Shown here: positions 20,593 through 30,730 of the stretch, in pieces | How the letters are laid out: the number at the start of each line of letters is the position of its first letter | Numbering within the stretch: position 1 is the stretch's first letter | Assembly: GCA_963718615.1 (NCBI GenBank) | Contig: OY970368.1 | Location: 2,272,001-2,336,000, forward strand | Direction of reading: 5' to 3' | Source: an uncultured cyanobacterium | Lineage (GTDB): Bacteria; Cyanobacteriota; Cyanobacteriia; PCC-9006; JAAUQQ01 | Length of the DNA stretch: 64,000 nucleotides | Made by a program: the position numbers and the translations under genes | Notes under the pieces: generated by a model | Told to the model about the DNA's origin: nothing | Seen by the model: only the letters and a program-made list of their open reading frames with translations | Database searches by the model: none

Positions 20593-21846
20593 ATGGTTAC
20601 GCCTCTTTCTCTGGTCCAACCCCTACAAGTGAATGGCGATCGCCTCAATCAAAGCCTGGATGAGCTGGCCACCTTTGGCCACCAGGAAGATGGTACCGTG
20701 CGTCGTCTGGCCTTCACCCCCGAGGATGTAGCGGCCCGCGATCGCCTGCGCATCTGGATGGAAGCGGCGGACATGACGGTGCGAGTCGATGCAGCGGGTA
20801 ATCTGATTGGTACCTATGCCGGAACGGATGCTGATGCACCTGCCTTGGCGACAGGGTCCCATTTGGATACGGTTCTTTCCGGGGGGCGTTACGACGGAGC
20901 CCTCGGCGTGATGGCCGGTTTGGAGGTGGTGCGGACGCTGCGAGATCAAGGACTCCGCCTCCATCATCCCTTGGAAGTCATTGTCTTTGCCGATGAAGAA
21001 CGCACCATGGTGGGTTCCAAGGCCATGGCCGGAAGCGCTCCGTCTCGCCCGGAAGACTATCAGACGTTTGAAAATATTCCGATTCAAACAGGGCTGGCTC
21101 AGTTAGGGGGAGATTGGGATGCCCTAGCAACTGCCCGTCGAAACCATCGCTCGATCACCTGTTTTCTAGAGTTACATGTAGAACAGGGTGGCGTTTTAGA
21201 AGCGATCGATCGCCAGATCGGCGTGGTGGAAGGGGTCGTGGGTCAGCAGCGTCATCGGATCTCGATCACCGGACAAGCCAATCATGCCGGGACTACGCCC
21301 ATGCATATGCGGCGCGACGCCCTGACAACGGCGGCTCAGCTGATCTTGGCGATCGAAGATATGGCCAAGCATTTTCCAGGGGAGCCCGTGGCGACAGTCG
21401 GCAATTTGCAGGTTTGGCCTGGGGCGGCCAATATCGTACCGGGGCAGGTGGAGATGACCTTGGATATGCGCGATTTATCCCAGGGAGTCATTGATCACAT
21501 GCTGGCCCATTTGCGGCGAAAAATTGAAACCATTGCCGTAGCAACCCGGACCCGCATCCGCATGGAAACCCAGTTGGTTGTGGATCCGACGCTGGCGGCA
21601 GCGGTGGTTCAAGCTTTGATTGTGGAAAGCTGCGAAGCGCTAGGACTAACCTACACCCATTTACCCAGCCGTGCGAGTCATGATGCTCAAGAGATCGGTC
21701 GGTTTACAGATATGGGTATGATTTTTGTTCCCAGTGCGGAGGGCATCAGCCATTCTGGCGCGGAATACACGTCACCGGAGCAATGTATTCAAGGGGCCAA
21801 TGTGTTGCTACAGACGTTGATCAAGTTAGATAAGTTCTATCAGTGA
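20593..21846 (+). CDS. Zn-dependent amidohydrolase (allantoate / N-carbamoyl-amino-acid hydrolase, M20 family)
   Basis: GSHLDTV, GRYDGALGV, DEE, ELHVEQG, NHAGTTPM, SHDA, GISHS. Confidence 0.9.
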   Translation: MVTPLSLVQPLQVNGDRLNQSLDELATFGHQEDGTVRRLAFTPEDVAARDRLRIWMEAADMTVRVDAAGNLIGTYAGTDADAPALATGSHLDTVLSGGRYDGALGVMAGLEVVRTLRDQGLRLHHPLEVIVFADEERTMVGSKAMAGSAPSRPEDYQTFENIPIQTGLAQLGGDWDALATARRNHRSITCFLELHVEQGGVLEAIDRQIGVVEGVVGQQRHRISITGQANHAGTTPMHMRRDALTTAAQLILAIEDMAKHFPGEPVATVGNLQVWPGAANIVPGQVEMTLDMRDLSQGVIDHMLAHLRRKIETIAVATRTRIRMETQLVVDPTLAAAVVQALIVESCEALGLTYTHLPSRASHDAQEIGRFTDMGMIFVPSAEGISHSGAEYTSPEQCIQGANVLLQTLIKLDKFYQ

Positions 21847-21875
21847 GGCTTATCGTTGTTTTTTGAGGTAACCCT

Positions 21876-22277
21876 ATGACTAAAATACGCTTTTTTATCT
21901 GTGGTTCTGCGCTTCGCGGTCAACCGGATCATGAGAATTTACAAGGGGCTGAGTTCGTGACGGCGGCGCAAACCAAGCCCCTATATCGTCTGCATGCCGT
22001 TAAGGCTGGCTGGCATCCGGGGATCTATGCGGTGGAATCCGATGGGATTTCAATTCCGGGTGAAGTCTACGAAATGACGGTGGAACAATACCAGCATCTG
22101 TTGGCCAATGAACCGCCGGACATGTATGAAGGTAAGGTGATTCTGACCACAGATGAAGCGGTTTCTGCGATGCTCTATCCCCGTGAGCTAATCGAACAAG
22201 CCGGATGGCCTGACATCTCTCACCATGGCGGATGGGCTGCCTATAAAGCGGCTCAGTCTGAAGACGAAGATTCATAA
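21876..22277 (+). CDS. Gamma-glutamylcyclotransferase-fold protein (allophanate hydrolase C-terminal-like)
   Basis: FFICGSALRGQP, TKPLYRLHAV, SIPGEVYE, EPP, DISHHGGWAAY. Confidence 0.75.
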   Translation: MTKIRFFICGSALRGQPDHENLQGAEFVTAAQTKPLYRLHAVKAGWHPGIYAVESDGISIPGEVYEMTVEQYQHLLANEPPDMYEGKVILTTDEAVSAMLYPRELIEQAGWPDISHHGGWAAYKAAQSEDEDS

Positions 22278-22294
22278 CGATTTTCCAGATGGGA

Positions 22295-22326
22295 TGGACT
22301 CTCCAGTCGGCAGGAGAGTCTACACT
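22295..22326 (+). promoter_or_regulatory. MerR/CueR-type promoter-operator of the Cu-ATPase
   Basis: -35 TGGACT, 20-bp spacer, -10 TACACT. Perfect dyad GACTCTCC-N8-GGAGAGTC (22297-22320) between the boxes. Confidence 0.7.
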
Positions 22327-22382
22327 GCCTTAGGTATCGTTGCCTTGACAGGGGCAGCATTGAACCGGGAAGTGATCTGGCG

Positions 22383-24698
22383 ATGTCCTCAGCTACTTTA
22401 AGACTCAAAGGCATGAGTTGTGCCTCCTGTGCGAATAGCATCCAAACTGCGATCCAGCGGGTGCCGGGGGTCACCCTGGCCCAGGTTAACTTTGCGGCGG
22501 AACAGGCGAGTGTGGAGTATCAAGCCCAGGTGACGACCCTGGCGGAGATCCAGCAGGCTGTGGCCGCTGCGGGGTATGAAGCTATGCCCATGGAGAGGCT
22601 AAGCCCTCAAGCCGGAGATGGGGCAGACTCGCGACAGGGCCGAGCGGATCTGCGGGCTCAGCGGGCTTTGCTGCAAAAGGTGATGGTGAGCGGTGCGGTG
22701 GGCGTTGTGCTCGTGCTCGGTACCCTGCCGATGATGCTGGGCAGAACGATTCCCGGTTGGCCCCTGGTGTTGCATCATCCTTGGCTCCAGTGGGGGTTGG
22801 CTACGCCGGTCTTGTTTTGGTGTGGTCAGTCGTTTTATGTCGGGGCCTGGAAAGCCCTCCTGCACCGCTCTGCCAATATGAATACGCTGGTTGCCTTGGG
22901 GACGGGAGCGGCCTATCTCTATTCGGTGTTTGTCACGGTGTTTCCAGGGGTGTTGGTGTCTGCGGGGCTGGCGGCGGAGGTCTATTACGAAGCGGCGGTG
23001 GTGATTATTGCGCTGCTGCTCCTGGGCCGTTATTTCGAAAATCGGGCGCGGAGGCAAACTTCAGATGCAATTCGCCAGCTTATGGGGTTGCAGGCGAAGA
23101 CGGCCCGAGTGGTTCGCCAGGGCCTAGAAGTGGATTTGCCCCTCCAGGCGGTGGTGGTTGGTGATGTGATTGTTGTGCGTCCGGGGGAGAAGATTCCTGT
23201 GGATGGTGAGATAGTTGAAGGGGCTTCTACGGTGGATGAGTCGATGGTGACGGGAGAGCCGATGCCGGTGACGAAGGCCGTGGGTGAGGAAGTGATTGGG
23301 GCAACCCTGAATAAAACCGGTAGCTTCAAATTTAGGGCTTCCCGTGTCGGGAAAGATACGCTACTGGCTCAGATCGTCCAGCTAGTGCAGGATGCCCAGG
23401 GCTCAAAAGCGCCGATTCAGAAGTTGGCGGATCAGGTGACGGGTTGGTTTGTGCCGGTGGTGATGGCGATCGCCCTCCTCACCTTCCTGCTCTGGTTGAC
23501 AATTACGGGTAATATCACCTTAGCCCTGCTGACAACGGTCAGTGTGCTGATCATTGCTTGTCCCTGTGCTCTTGGTCTTGCAACGCCCACATCTATCATG
23601 GTGGGGACTGGCAAAGGGGCGGAAAACGGCATCTTGATTAAAGGGGCCGAAAGCCTAGAGCGGGCTCACCGGGTTCAAGTCGTGGTTGTGGATAAAACCG
23701 GAACCCTGACCCAAGGGAAACCCACGGTGACAAACTACCGAGCCCTGGTGGATGCTCCCGACAATCTGTTGACCTTGGCTGCTGCGGTGGAGCGCTACTC
23801 TGAGCATCCTTTGGCGGAGGCGGTGGTGCAATATGCGGAAGGTCAAGCCATGACTCAGGCTGCGACTCAGGCCGGTCTTCCTGGGGTGGAATCGTTTGAG
23901 GCGGTTACGGGATACGGCGTGGAGGGCTACGTTAACGGTCGGCTCGTTCAAATCGGCACTGAACGCTGGATGCAAAACCTAGGTGTTGATACCCAAGCTC
24001 TCCAGTCCCTGCGTCAGCAGTGGGAGACTGAGGCTAAAACCACTGCCTGGATTGCCGTGGAGGGGCAGGTTGAGGGGTTGCTAGGGATTGCGGATGCCCT
24101 GAAGGATTCTGCGGTTCGGGCTGTGGGTTTGTTGCAGCGTATGGGGTTAGAGGTGGTGATGCTGACGGGGGACAATCGGCAAACCGCAGAGGCCATTGCC
24201 AAGGCCGTTGGCATTGACCGGGTGCTCGCCGAGGTGCGCCCTGAAGAAAAGGCTGCCCAAATCCGGCGACTCCAGGCCCAGGGGAAATCGGTGGCGATGG
24301 TGGGGGATGGCATCAACGATGCTCCGGCGTTGGCCCAGGCGGATGTGGGGATTGCTATTGGCACGGGGACGGATGTGGCGATCGCCGCCAGCGATATCAC
24401 GCTCATGGCTGGTGATCTCCAGGGTATTGCCACTGCTATTCAGCTCAGCCAAGCGACCATTGCCAATATCCGCCAAAACCTGTTCTTTGCTTTCATCTAC
24501 AACATTGTCGGTATTCCCATCGCCGCAGGTCTTCTCTATCCCCTCTGGGGGGTGTTGCTCAATCCGATGATTGCTGGGGCTGCCATGGCCTTTAGCTCGG
24601 TGTCGGTGGTGACTAATGCCCTGCGGTTGAGGAATTTTCGGCCTCAGGATCTTTCTCAGGATCTTTCTCAGGATCTTTCGCGGCTGGGCACCCGCTAG
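22383..24698 (+). CDS. Copper-translocating P1B-1 ATPase (PacS/CopA-like)
   Basis: GMSCASC metal-binding domain, [27 protein letters not shown] and MAFSS Cu(I) signature residues. Confidence 0.95.
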   Translation: MSSATLRLKGMSCASCANSIQTAIQRVPGVTLAQVNFAAEQASVEYQAQVTTLAEIQQAVAAAGYEAMPMERLSPQAGDGADSRQGRADLRAQRALLQKVMVSGAVGVVLVLGTLPMMLGRTIPGWPLVLHHPWLQWGLATPVLFWCGQSFYVGAWKALLHRSANMNTLVALGTGAAYLYSVFVTVFPGVLVSAGLAAEVYYEAAVVIIALLLLGRYFENRARRQTSDAIRQLMGLQAKTARVVRQGLEVDLPLQAVVVGDVIVVRPGEKIPVDGEIVEGASTVDESMVTGEPMPVTKAVGEEVIGATLNKTGSFKFRASRVGKDTLLAQIVQLVQDAQGSKAPIQKLADQVTGWFVPVVMAIALLTFLLWLTITGNITLALLTTVSVLIIACPCALGLATPTSIMVGTGKGAENGILIKGAESLERAHRVQVVVVDKTGTLTQGKPTVTNYRALVDAPDNLLTLAAAVERYSEHPLAEAVVQYAEGQAMTQAATQAGLPGVESFEAVTGYGVEGYVNGRLVQIGTERWMQNLGVDTQALQSLRQQWETEAKTTAWIAVEGQVEGLLGIADALKDSAVRAVGLLQRMGLEVVMLTGDNRQTAEAIAKAVGIDRVLAEVRPEEKAAQIRRLQAQGKSVAMVGDGINDAPALAQADVGIAIGTGTDVAIAASDITLMAGDLQGIATAIQLSQATIANIRQNLFFAFIYNIVGIPIAAGLLYPLWGVLLNPMIAGAAMAFSSVSVVTNALRLRNFRPQDLSQDLSQDLSRLGTR

Positions 24699-24914
24699 TT
24701 GAGGGTTAAATTCGGGAATAATGCGGAGGGTAGATTCTCGGAGGATTAAAGCCAAAATTGATCAAAAGTTTGAAAAATTTTGGAAATTTATTAGCCCTAT
24801 AGATAGGATTAGCTTGGCTGAAACCCTTGCTAAATGGGGATTTTGTCAATTTTAGAGGGTTACATAATCCCACGGACTGCCCTAGGATTGGAGAGGTCAA
24901 ATCACTGCACTCAT

Positions 24915-25433
24915 ATGACGCCCATCGACGAACAAACCCTGCCGCACGAAATTTGTTATGCCCAAGGCTCGGAGCTTGCTGCTGCGGGGCTGAAGCAAGA
25001 GTCGATCGCCTACTATGATCGGGCGATCGCGATCAAACCGGACTATCACCAGGCTTGGTATAACCGAGGTAATGCTTTGGCTGCGCTGGGGCAGTCGGAG
25101 GCGGCGATCGCGAGTTATGACGAGGCGATCTCGATTAAGCCGGATAAGCATGAGGCTTGGTATAACCGAGGGATTGAGTTGACGGCGTTGGGGCGGTATG
25201 GGGAGGCGATCGCGAGTTATGACCGGGCGATCGCGATTAAGCCGGATAAGCATGAGGCTTGGTATAACCGGGCTTGTTGCTATGGTCTCCAAGGGCAGGT
25301 TGAGCTGGCGTTGGATGATTTGGAGCGGGCTTTGGTTTTGGATAGGGTGCAGTATCGTGGGTTGGCGAAAACGGATGCGGATTTTGATGCGATTCGGGAC
25401 AATTCGCGGTTTCGGCGGTTGATGGCTTTGTAG
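24915..25433 (+). CDS. Tetratricopeptide repeat protein
   Basis: Tandem 34-aa (102-bp) units AWYNRG...EAIASYDRAIAIKPD. Terminal AWYNRACCY...DADFD. Confidence 0.85.
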   Translation: MTPIDEQTLPHEICYAQGSELAAAGLKQESIAYYDRAIAIKPDYHQAWYNRGNALAALGQSEAAIASYDEAISIKPDKHEAWYNRGIELTALGRYGEAIASYDRAIAIKPDKHEAWYNRACCYGLQGQVELALDDLERALVLDRVQYRGLAKTDADFDAIRDNSRFRRLMAL

Positions 25434-25586
25434 TTTCAATCAGCTATTTCTTGTTGGGTTGATCTTAACAATCTTCTTAGGTCATCGCTGCTTTTAAGCA
25501 GGATGTCTAACGTGTAAATTCTTAAATTTTCCGGGTTGTACAAAAAATAGATAGAAAAATTGAACTCAGTGGTTTTTTGTTGACTG

Positions 25587-27998
25587 ATGTTTAATGCTCC
25601 TATTCGTCCAGTGGCCCATACGCCTTCGGTTTCCAATTCGGGGCAATGGCATGATCTGAAAGCGCATTTGAGCGAGGTGGCGGCGGCGGCTGAGCGGTTA
25701 GCCGATAAGTTTGGTGCAGGGCGATTGGGCTATTATGCGGGGTTATGGCACGACCTGGGTAAGTACAACCCGAAGTTTCAAAGCTATTTGCAGAAATGTC
25801 ATCGAGCTTTGCAAGCAGGGCAGTCCCAGCCGAGGGAGAAGGTGCCCCATGCGATTCATGGCGCGATTTTAGCCTATGACCTCAACTGTACTTCGAGGGC
25901 GAAACTGAGCCTGTCTTTTCTGATCGCTGGTCACCATGCGGGCCTACCAAATCAGATCCGTTTGAAGTCGAACTTGAATGATCCTTCAAGGAAAGCAGAT
26001 TTTGAAATTGTCAAGCAACGGGCGATCGCCGATTTAGGCGAATTAAAGCCAAATGAAAATCTCAATCAAGTCTTTCATTCCCTGGGTTCAGATCGAATTG
26101 CAGCAGATTTATTTCTGCGACTCATTTTCTCTTGTTTAATTGATGCGGATCGCCTGGATACCGAACGATTTGCCAATCCAGAGCAATCTCAGTTGCGTCA
26201 GGCGCGAGCCAATGCCGTGACGATTGCGCAGCTTTGGCAAGTATTTGAGCAGCAACAGCAAGCATTTGTGCAATCTCCTAACCGCTCCTCTTCCCCTGTT
26301 AATGCTGTTCGGGAAGAGGTGTTTCAGCATTGCATTGGTGCGGCGAAACAGCGTCCCGGCGTTTTCCGACTCTGTGTACCGACCGGTGGTGGCAAGACGC
26401 GTAGCGGTTTAGCTTTTGCTCTCAGACATGCCCAGTTGCACGCTAAAGATCGAGTCATTTTTGCGGTGCCCTATACCAGCATTATTGAACAGACTGTGAA
26501 GGTTTACCGCGACGATATTTTTGGGGAACTGGGGCCAGACGCTGTTTTAGAACACCATAGCGCCACCCAGGTTGAGCAAAGGCTTTCTGAGGCAGAGCAA
26601 GAACAGATTGAAACCCAAGAAAATGTCGAACAGACCTCAGCCCTGGCAAAATTAGCGACACAAAATTGGGATGCAAAGCTAATTGTGACGACGACGGTTC
26701 AATTGTTTGAGAGCTTGCTGTCTCACAAACCTAAAAAATGCCGAAAATTGCACAATATTGTCAATAGCGTCATTGTTTTGGATGAAGTCCAAACGCTGCC
26801 CATTGGCTTGCTCTCACCGATCCTGTCGGTTCTAAAAGACTTAGTTAATCGCTATGGAGTCACGGTTGTACTTTGCACTGCAACTCAGCCAGCCCTGGAA
26901 GGCAGTACGCCGTACTTTCAAGACGGATTTCCCGAAGATTCAGTGCGAGATATTGTGCCCAAGGCATTGGCGATCTCCCATTTTCAAACCCTTCAACGGG
27001 TGCAGTACAACATTCCCCAACCCGATAACCCATGGACTTGGGCCAAGCTTGTCGAAGACCTTAATCCGCAGCCCTCAGCATTGGTGGTATTGAATACGCG
27101 ACGGGATGCGATCGCTCTTCTGAATGCACTGGAGGTGTCATCAGGCTACAATGCCGAGCCGATTGCTCCCAGGGTAGAAGAATCCTTGGAAAGCTCTCCG
27201 GTTCTACATCTCTCGACCTTGTTGTGTGGCAAGCATCGTCAATTGGTGCTCTCGGAGGTGCGGCGGCGGCTTCTGGCTGGGGAAGCTTGCCAGTTGATTT
27301 CGACCCAGGTGGTAGAGGCGGGCGTGGATTTGGATTTCCCGGTGGTTTATCGAGCCCTGGGGCCGCTGGATCGCATTGTTCAGGCAGCAGGGCGCTGTAA
27401 CCGTGAGGGCAAGCTTAGGAATGCCGAGGGTGAGCTGATTCCGGGGCAGGTGGTGATTTTTGAACCAGCGGAAGGCAGCAAGCCCCCGCCGGGGGAGTAT
27501 TACAAGGCGATGCAAAAGGCGCGGGAGTTTTTGCTGGCGGAGGATTTTGCAGCGGATCAACTCCATCGTCCGGAGATCTTCGAGCGGTATTTTCGAGATC
27601 TCTATGGGGTGATTGATACAAATGGCAAGGTAAAGGTGGATGGTGGAGAGACGACGATTCAGGCGCTGCGGAAGTCCTGGAGTTTTCGGGATGTGGGGGA
27701 GACCTTTAAGCTGATTAAGGATGATACACAGCCGATTGTGATTTTGTATGACGATGCGGTGGCGGAGCGGGTAGGAGCGATCGCCCATCGGGGCCTGTTC
27801 TCGGAGGATCGCGAATTTTTGCAACCCTATGTGATCAATCTCCCGAATCGAGTCTTTAATAAGTTAACCGACAGGCGGGAGGTGAAGGCGGGGCTAAATC
27901 TCTGGGTCTGGGAGGGCAACTATGATCCGATTCGTGGCTTTCCCCTGGAGAAGACTGATCAAGAAATCCAGCCTGACCCTATGTTTTTGATACAGTAG
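25587..27998 (+). CDS. cas3: CRISPR helicase/nuclease Cas3 (HD fused), type I-C
   Basis: HL, HDLGK, HH, LIDADRLDT, PTGGGKT, PYTSIIEQ, DEVQ, CTATQP, STQVVEAGVDLDF, QAAGRCNREG. Confidence 0.97.
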   Translation: MFNAPIRPVAHTPSVSNSGQWHDLKAHLSEVAAAAERLADKFGAGRLGYYAGLWHDLGKYNPKFQSYLQKCHRALQAGQSQPREKVPHAIHGAILAYDLNCTSRAKLSLSFLIAGHHAGLPNQIRLKSNLNDPSRKADFEIVKQRAIADLGELKPNENLNQVFHSLGSDRIAADLFLRLIFSCLIDADRLDTERFANPEQSQLRQARANAVTIAQLWQVFEQQQQAFVQSPNRSSSPVNAVREEVFQHCIGAAKQRPGVFRLCVPTGGGKTRSGLAFALRHAQLHAKDRVIFAVPYTSIIEQTVKVYRDDIFGELGPDAVLEHHSATQVEQRLSEAEQEQIETQENVEQTSALAKLATQNWDAKLIVTTTVQLFESLLSHKPKKCRKLHNIVNSVIVLDEVQTLPIGLLSPILSVLKDLVNRYGVTVVLCTATQPALEGSTPYFQDGFPEDSVRDIVPKALAISHFQTLQRVQYNIPQPDNPWTWAKLVEDLNPQPSALVVLNTRRDAIALLNALEVSSGYNAEPIAPRVEESLESSPVLHLSTLLCGKHRQLVLSEVRRRLLAGEACQLISTQVVEAGVDLDFPVVYRALGPLDRIVQAAGRCNREGKLRNAEGELIPGQVVIFEPAEGSKPPPGEYYKAMQKAREFLLAEDFAADQLHRPEIFERYFRDLYGVIDTNGKVKVDGGETTIQALRKSWSFRDVGETFKLIKDDTQPIVILYDDAVAERVGAIAHRGLFSEDREFLQPYVINLPNRVFNKLTDRREVKAGLNLWVWEGNYDPIRGFPLEKTDQEIQPDPMFLIQ

Positions 27999-28098
27999 CC
28001 AAACATATTGCCTGAAGTTCAGTATTTTCACGACAAAACACCCTGAAATTGCTGATTTGGGTAGAAAATATTACCGTAAGTATTAAGGATCGCACCCT

Positions 28099-28836
28099 AT
28101 GAGTGCTGAAACTCTAGCCGTGAGAGTGCAGGGGGACTTTGCCCTGTTTACTCGCCCTGAGTTTTCTGCCGAGCGTGTCAGCTACTCCGTCATGACACCC
28201 AGCGCCGCCCGAGGCATTTTGGAATCCATCTTCTGGAAGCCGGAAATGCGTTGGCGGGTGCAGAAAGTTCAGGTGCTCAAGCCCATCAAGCAGTTTTCCA
28301 TTTTGCGCAACGAGGTGAACAGTCATCAGAGCGATCGCGCTGCCAAAGCTTGGAATAGCATCGGTGATGGCTACTTTGCCGAAGACGATCGCGCCCAACG
28401 CCACAGCCTCTGCTTGCGGGATGTGGATTACGTCATTGAAGCGGCGATCGACCTCAAACCCCACGCCACAGACAATATCGCCAAATACCGCGACATGTTT
28501 CGGCGGCGGGTGCAGCGTGGTCAATGCTTCAACCAGCCCTACCTTGGGACCCGAGAATTTAGCGTGAGTCGCTTTGAACCCGCCACGGGTGAGGAAATTC
28601 CTGAGGAGTTGATCGAGCAATTGGACTTGGGCTGGATGTTGTTTGATATGGAGTTTAGTGAACAACCCAAAGGCAGCATTAGCTACTACGCCCACGATAG
28701 CAGCGGCTCCCGCGTTGCCCGAGGTGCAGCCATGCCCAAATTTTTCCACGCCCAGCTTATCAACAACGTCTTGGAAGTCCCCCAGAGCTTATACAGTCCC
28801 ATGGTTTCGCCTACTGGGACTGGAGGTCGCCGATGA
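28099..28836 (+). CDS. cas5: Type I-C Cas5c (crRNA-processing)
   Basis: GDFALFTRPE, ERVSY, TPSAARGILESIFWKP, RNEV, GQCFNQPYLGTREF. Confidence 0.97.
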   Translation: MSAETLAVRVQGDFALFTRPEFSAERVSYSVMTPSAARGILESIFWKPEMRWRVQKVQVLKPIKQFSILRNEVNSHQSDRAAKAWNSIGDGYFAEDDRAQRHSLCLRDVDYVIEAAIDLKPHATDNIAKYRDMFRRRVQRGQCFNQPYLGTREFSVSRFEPATGEEIPEELIEQLDLGWMLFDMEFSEQPKGSISYYAHDSSGSRVARGAAMPKFFHAQLINNVLEVPQSLYSPMVSPTGTGGRR

Positions 28837-30668
28837 TTTTAACAGAGTTGTATCAGCTATATCAGCGCATGGATGGTGAGCCCATGCCCGCCATGTACAA
28901 CAAGGTCAAAATTCGTTGGATGATCCCGATTAATGCCGATGGCAGTCTGCGCGGTCCGTTTTTGGACTTGAAAGGCGAAACGAACGCGGAGCAGCGCGGC
29001 AAAGAATACATCCTGCCGGATCTGGTGCGAGCGTCTGGCATCAAGCCTAAGCTGCTGGCTGACAATGGCGAGTATGTTCTGGGTCTGCAAAAAGAAGGGG
29101 CCAAGGCTGACAAAGTCTTGCAGCGCCATGAGCAGTTTCGAGCACTGGTACAACTCTGCGCGGAAGCCACTCAGGAACCCTCGGTGGAGGCGGTTTTGCG
29201 GTTCTATGGGCAGTGGAACCCTGAGGAATTTTCCCAAGAGGAGGTAGATCCTGCCGATAATTTTACCTTTGAAGTCCATGGCATTGGAGCGTGCGCTATC
29301 ATCCCTGCGAGTGCTGCTGAATCACTCGCCTCCATTCAGGATTTCTGGGCGGTCCACACCGCTAGCGCTGATAGCCCTCCCATGACCTGCCTGGTCACCG
29401 GCAAGCAAAATGTGCCCGTCGAGGCCCGACTCCCCGGCAAAATCAAAGGTGTCCCCAATGGTCAAACCGCTGGCACGTCGTTGGTCTCGGCCAATGCAGC
29501 CCCATTCAGTTCTTATGGCCTCAAAAACTCGCTGACTTCTCCTATTTCAAGAGATGCAGGTGAAGGCTTTACCAAGGCCCTCAATGGATTGCTGGCCGGT
29601 GCAAAGACTCGAATTTATCTCGGCCCGGTAGTGTATAGCTTTTGGGCGAAGGGTGACTTTGATATCGGTCTATTTAGCGAAGCTCTAGAAGAAGATCAAT
29701 CGGAAGCCTTTCGAGAGTCTTTGGCCTTTGCCCAGGATTCGCTCAATGGAGACGATGACCCGGAAGAAGTTAAAAATCTCTTTAATTCTCCCCGGTCGGG
29801 CAGTCCTCAATATGGCGTTGGTGACCAATTCTATGCACTGGGTTTGTCTGCCAGTGGCGGGCGGGCTGTGGTACGCAGTTGGATTGATGTTCCAATTGAA
29901 CAAGCCAAGCAAAATCTTGATGCTTGGTTCGAGGGACAGCGCCTGGTCAATGAATATGGGCAATACATTGACAAGCCCTATTTTCGAGTGCGGCGCTTGG
30001 TGAATAGCCTGTACCGCGATCCCGCCAAAGAGCTGGATATGCAGGGCGCAAAACTCATTGAAGTTGCGCTCAAGGGGGGTAAATTGTCCCTGGACATGCT
30101 GGCGCGGGCCGTGCGCCGAACGGCAATTGAGCATTCCATTCCCTATGCCAGAGCTGCGTTGATCAAACTCATTCTGACTACACGTCTCAAAACCCCATCC
30201 CACAATCCAATGCAAACGATGAATGAACTGAATCTTGACCCAGAATTCCAAGATCAAAGTGATACTATGGCCTACCACTGCGGGCGACTGCTAGCCCATC
30301 TGGAAAATATTCAGAAAGCAGCCTTAGGCGATATCAATACAACCTTGATCGATCGCTACTACGGCGCAGCCGCCAATACTCCTGGCAAGGTTTTTGGTGA
30401 ACTCGTCAAAGATGCTCAGGCTCACCTGCGCAAGCTGCGTGTCACAAAACCAGCCGTCCATGAGGCGCTTCAGCAAAGGCTTGAAGGTATCATGGTCAAG
30501 TTTTACTCGGCAGAACATTTCCCGACGACGCTGACGATGCAGCAGCAAAGCATTTTTTCCCTGGGCTATTACCACCAGCGGGCGGCAAACCGTAAAGAAG
30601 CGATCGATCGTAAAGCGGCCAATGCCGAAGCCAAGGCGGCAAAAGCTGCGGCAAAAGCTTCAGAGTGA
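28833..30668 (+). CDS. cas8c: Type I-C Cas8c/Csd1 large subunit
   Basis: RASGIKPKLLADNGEYVLG, CLVTG, SLVSANAAPFSSYG, AYHCGRLLA, DRYYGAA, FSLGYYHQR. ATGA overlap with cas5. Confidence 0.95.
   Translation: MILTELYQLYQRMDGEPMPAMYNKVKIRWMIPINADGSLRGPFLDLKGETNAEQRGKEYILPDLVRASGIKPKLLADNGEYVLGLQKEGAKADKVLQRHEQFRALVQLCAEATQEPSVEAVLRFYGQWNPEEFSQEEVDPADNFTFEVHGIGACAIIPASAAESLASIQDFWAVHTASADSPPMTCLVTGKQNVPVEARLPGKIKGVPNGQTAGTSLVSANAAPFSSYGLKNSLTSPISRDAGEGFTKALNGLLAGAKTRIYLGPVVYSFWAKGDFDIGLFSEALEEDQSEAFRESLAFAQDSLNGDDDPEEVKNLFNSPRSGSPQYGVGDQFYALGLSASGGRAVVRSWIDVPIEQAKQNLDAWFEGQRLVNEYGQYIDKPYFRVRRLVNSLYRDPAKELDMQGAKLIEVALKGGKLSLDMLARAVRRTAIEHSIPYARAALIKLILTTRLKTPSHNPMQTMNELNLDPEFQDQSDTMAYHCGRLLAHLENIQKAALGDINTTLIDRYYGAAANTPGKVFGELVKDAQAHLRKLRVTKPAVHEALQQRLEGIMVKFYSAEHFPTTLTMQQQSIFSLGYYHQRAANRKEAIDRKAANAEAKAAKAAAKASE
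30210..30668 (+). CDS. cas11: Putative internally translated Cas11c small subunit
   Basis: In-frame ATGs at 30210 and 30219 after a C/A-rich linker, ahead of the AYxCGRL domain. Internal Cas11 translation from cas8c is established for type I-C. Confidence 0.55.
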   Translation: MQTMNELNLDPEFQDQSDTMAYHCGRLLAHLENIQKAALGDINTTLIDRYYGAAANTPGKVFGELVKDAQAHLRKLRVTKPAVHEALQQRLEGIMVKFYSAEHFPTTLTMQQQSIFSLGYYHQRAANRKEAIDRKAANAEAKAAKAAAKASE

Positions 30669-30730
30669 TCCATCCCTTAAATACGGCCTCTTTTCCCTTC
30701 AATTCACGTCAACAAATTAGGACTTAAACC

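Noticed and set aside
24990-25275. Near-identical 102-bp repeats as a DGR template/variable pair or array
   Set aside because: They are in-frame TPR units, the differences are not adenine-specific, and no reverse transcriptase is in the window.
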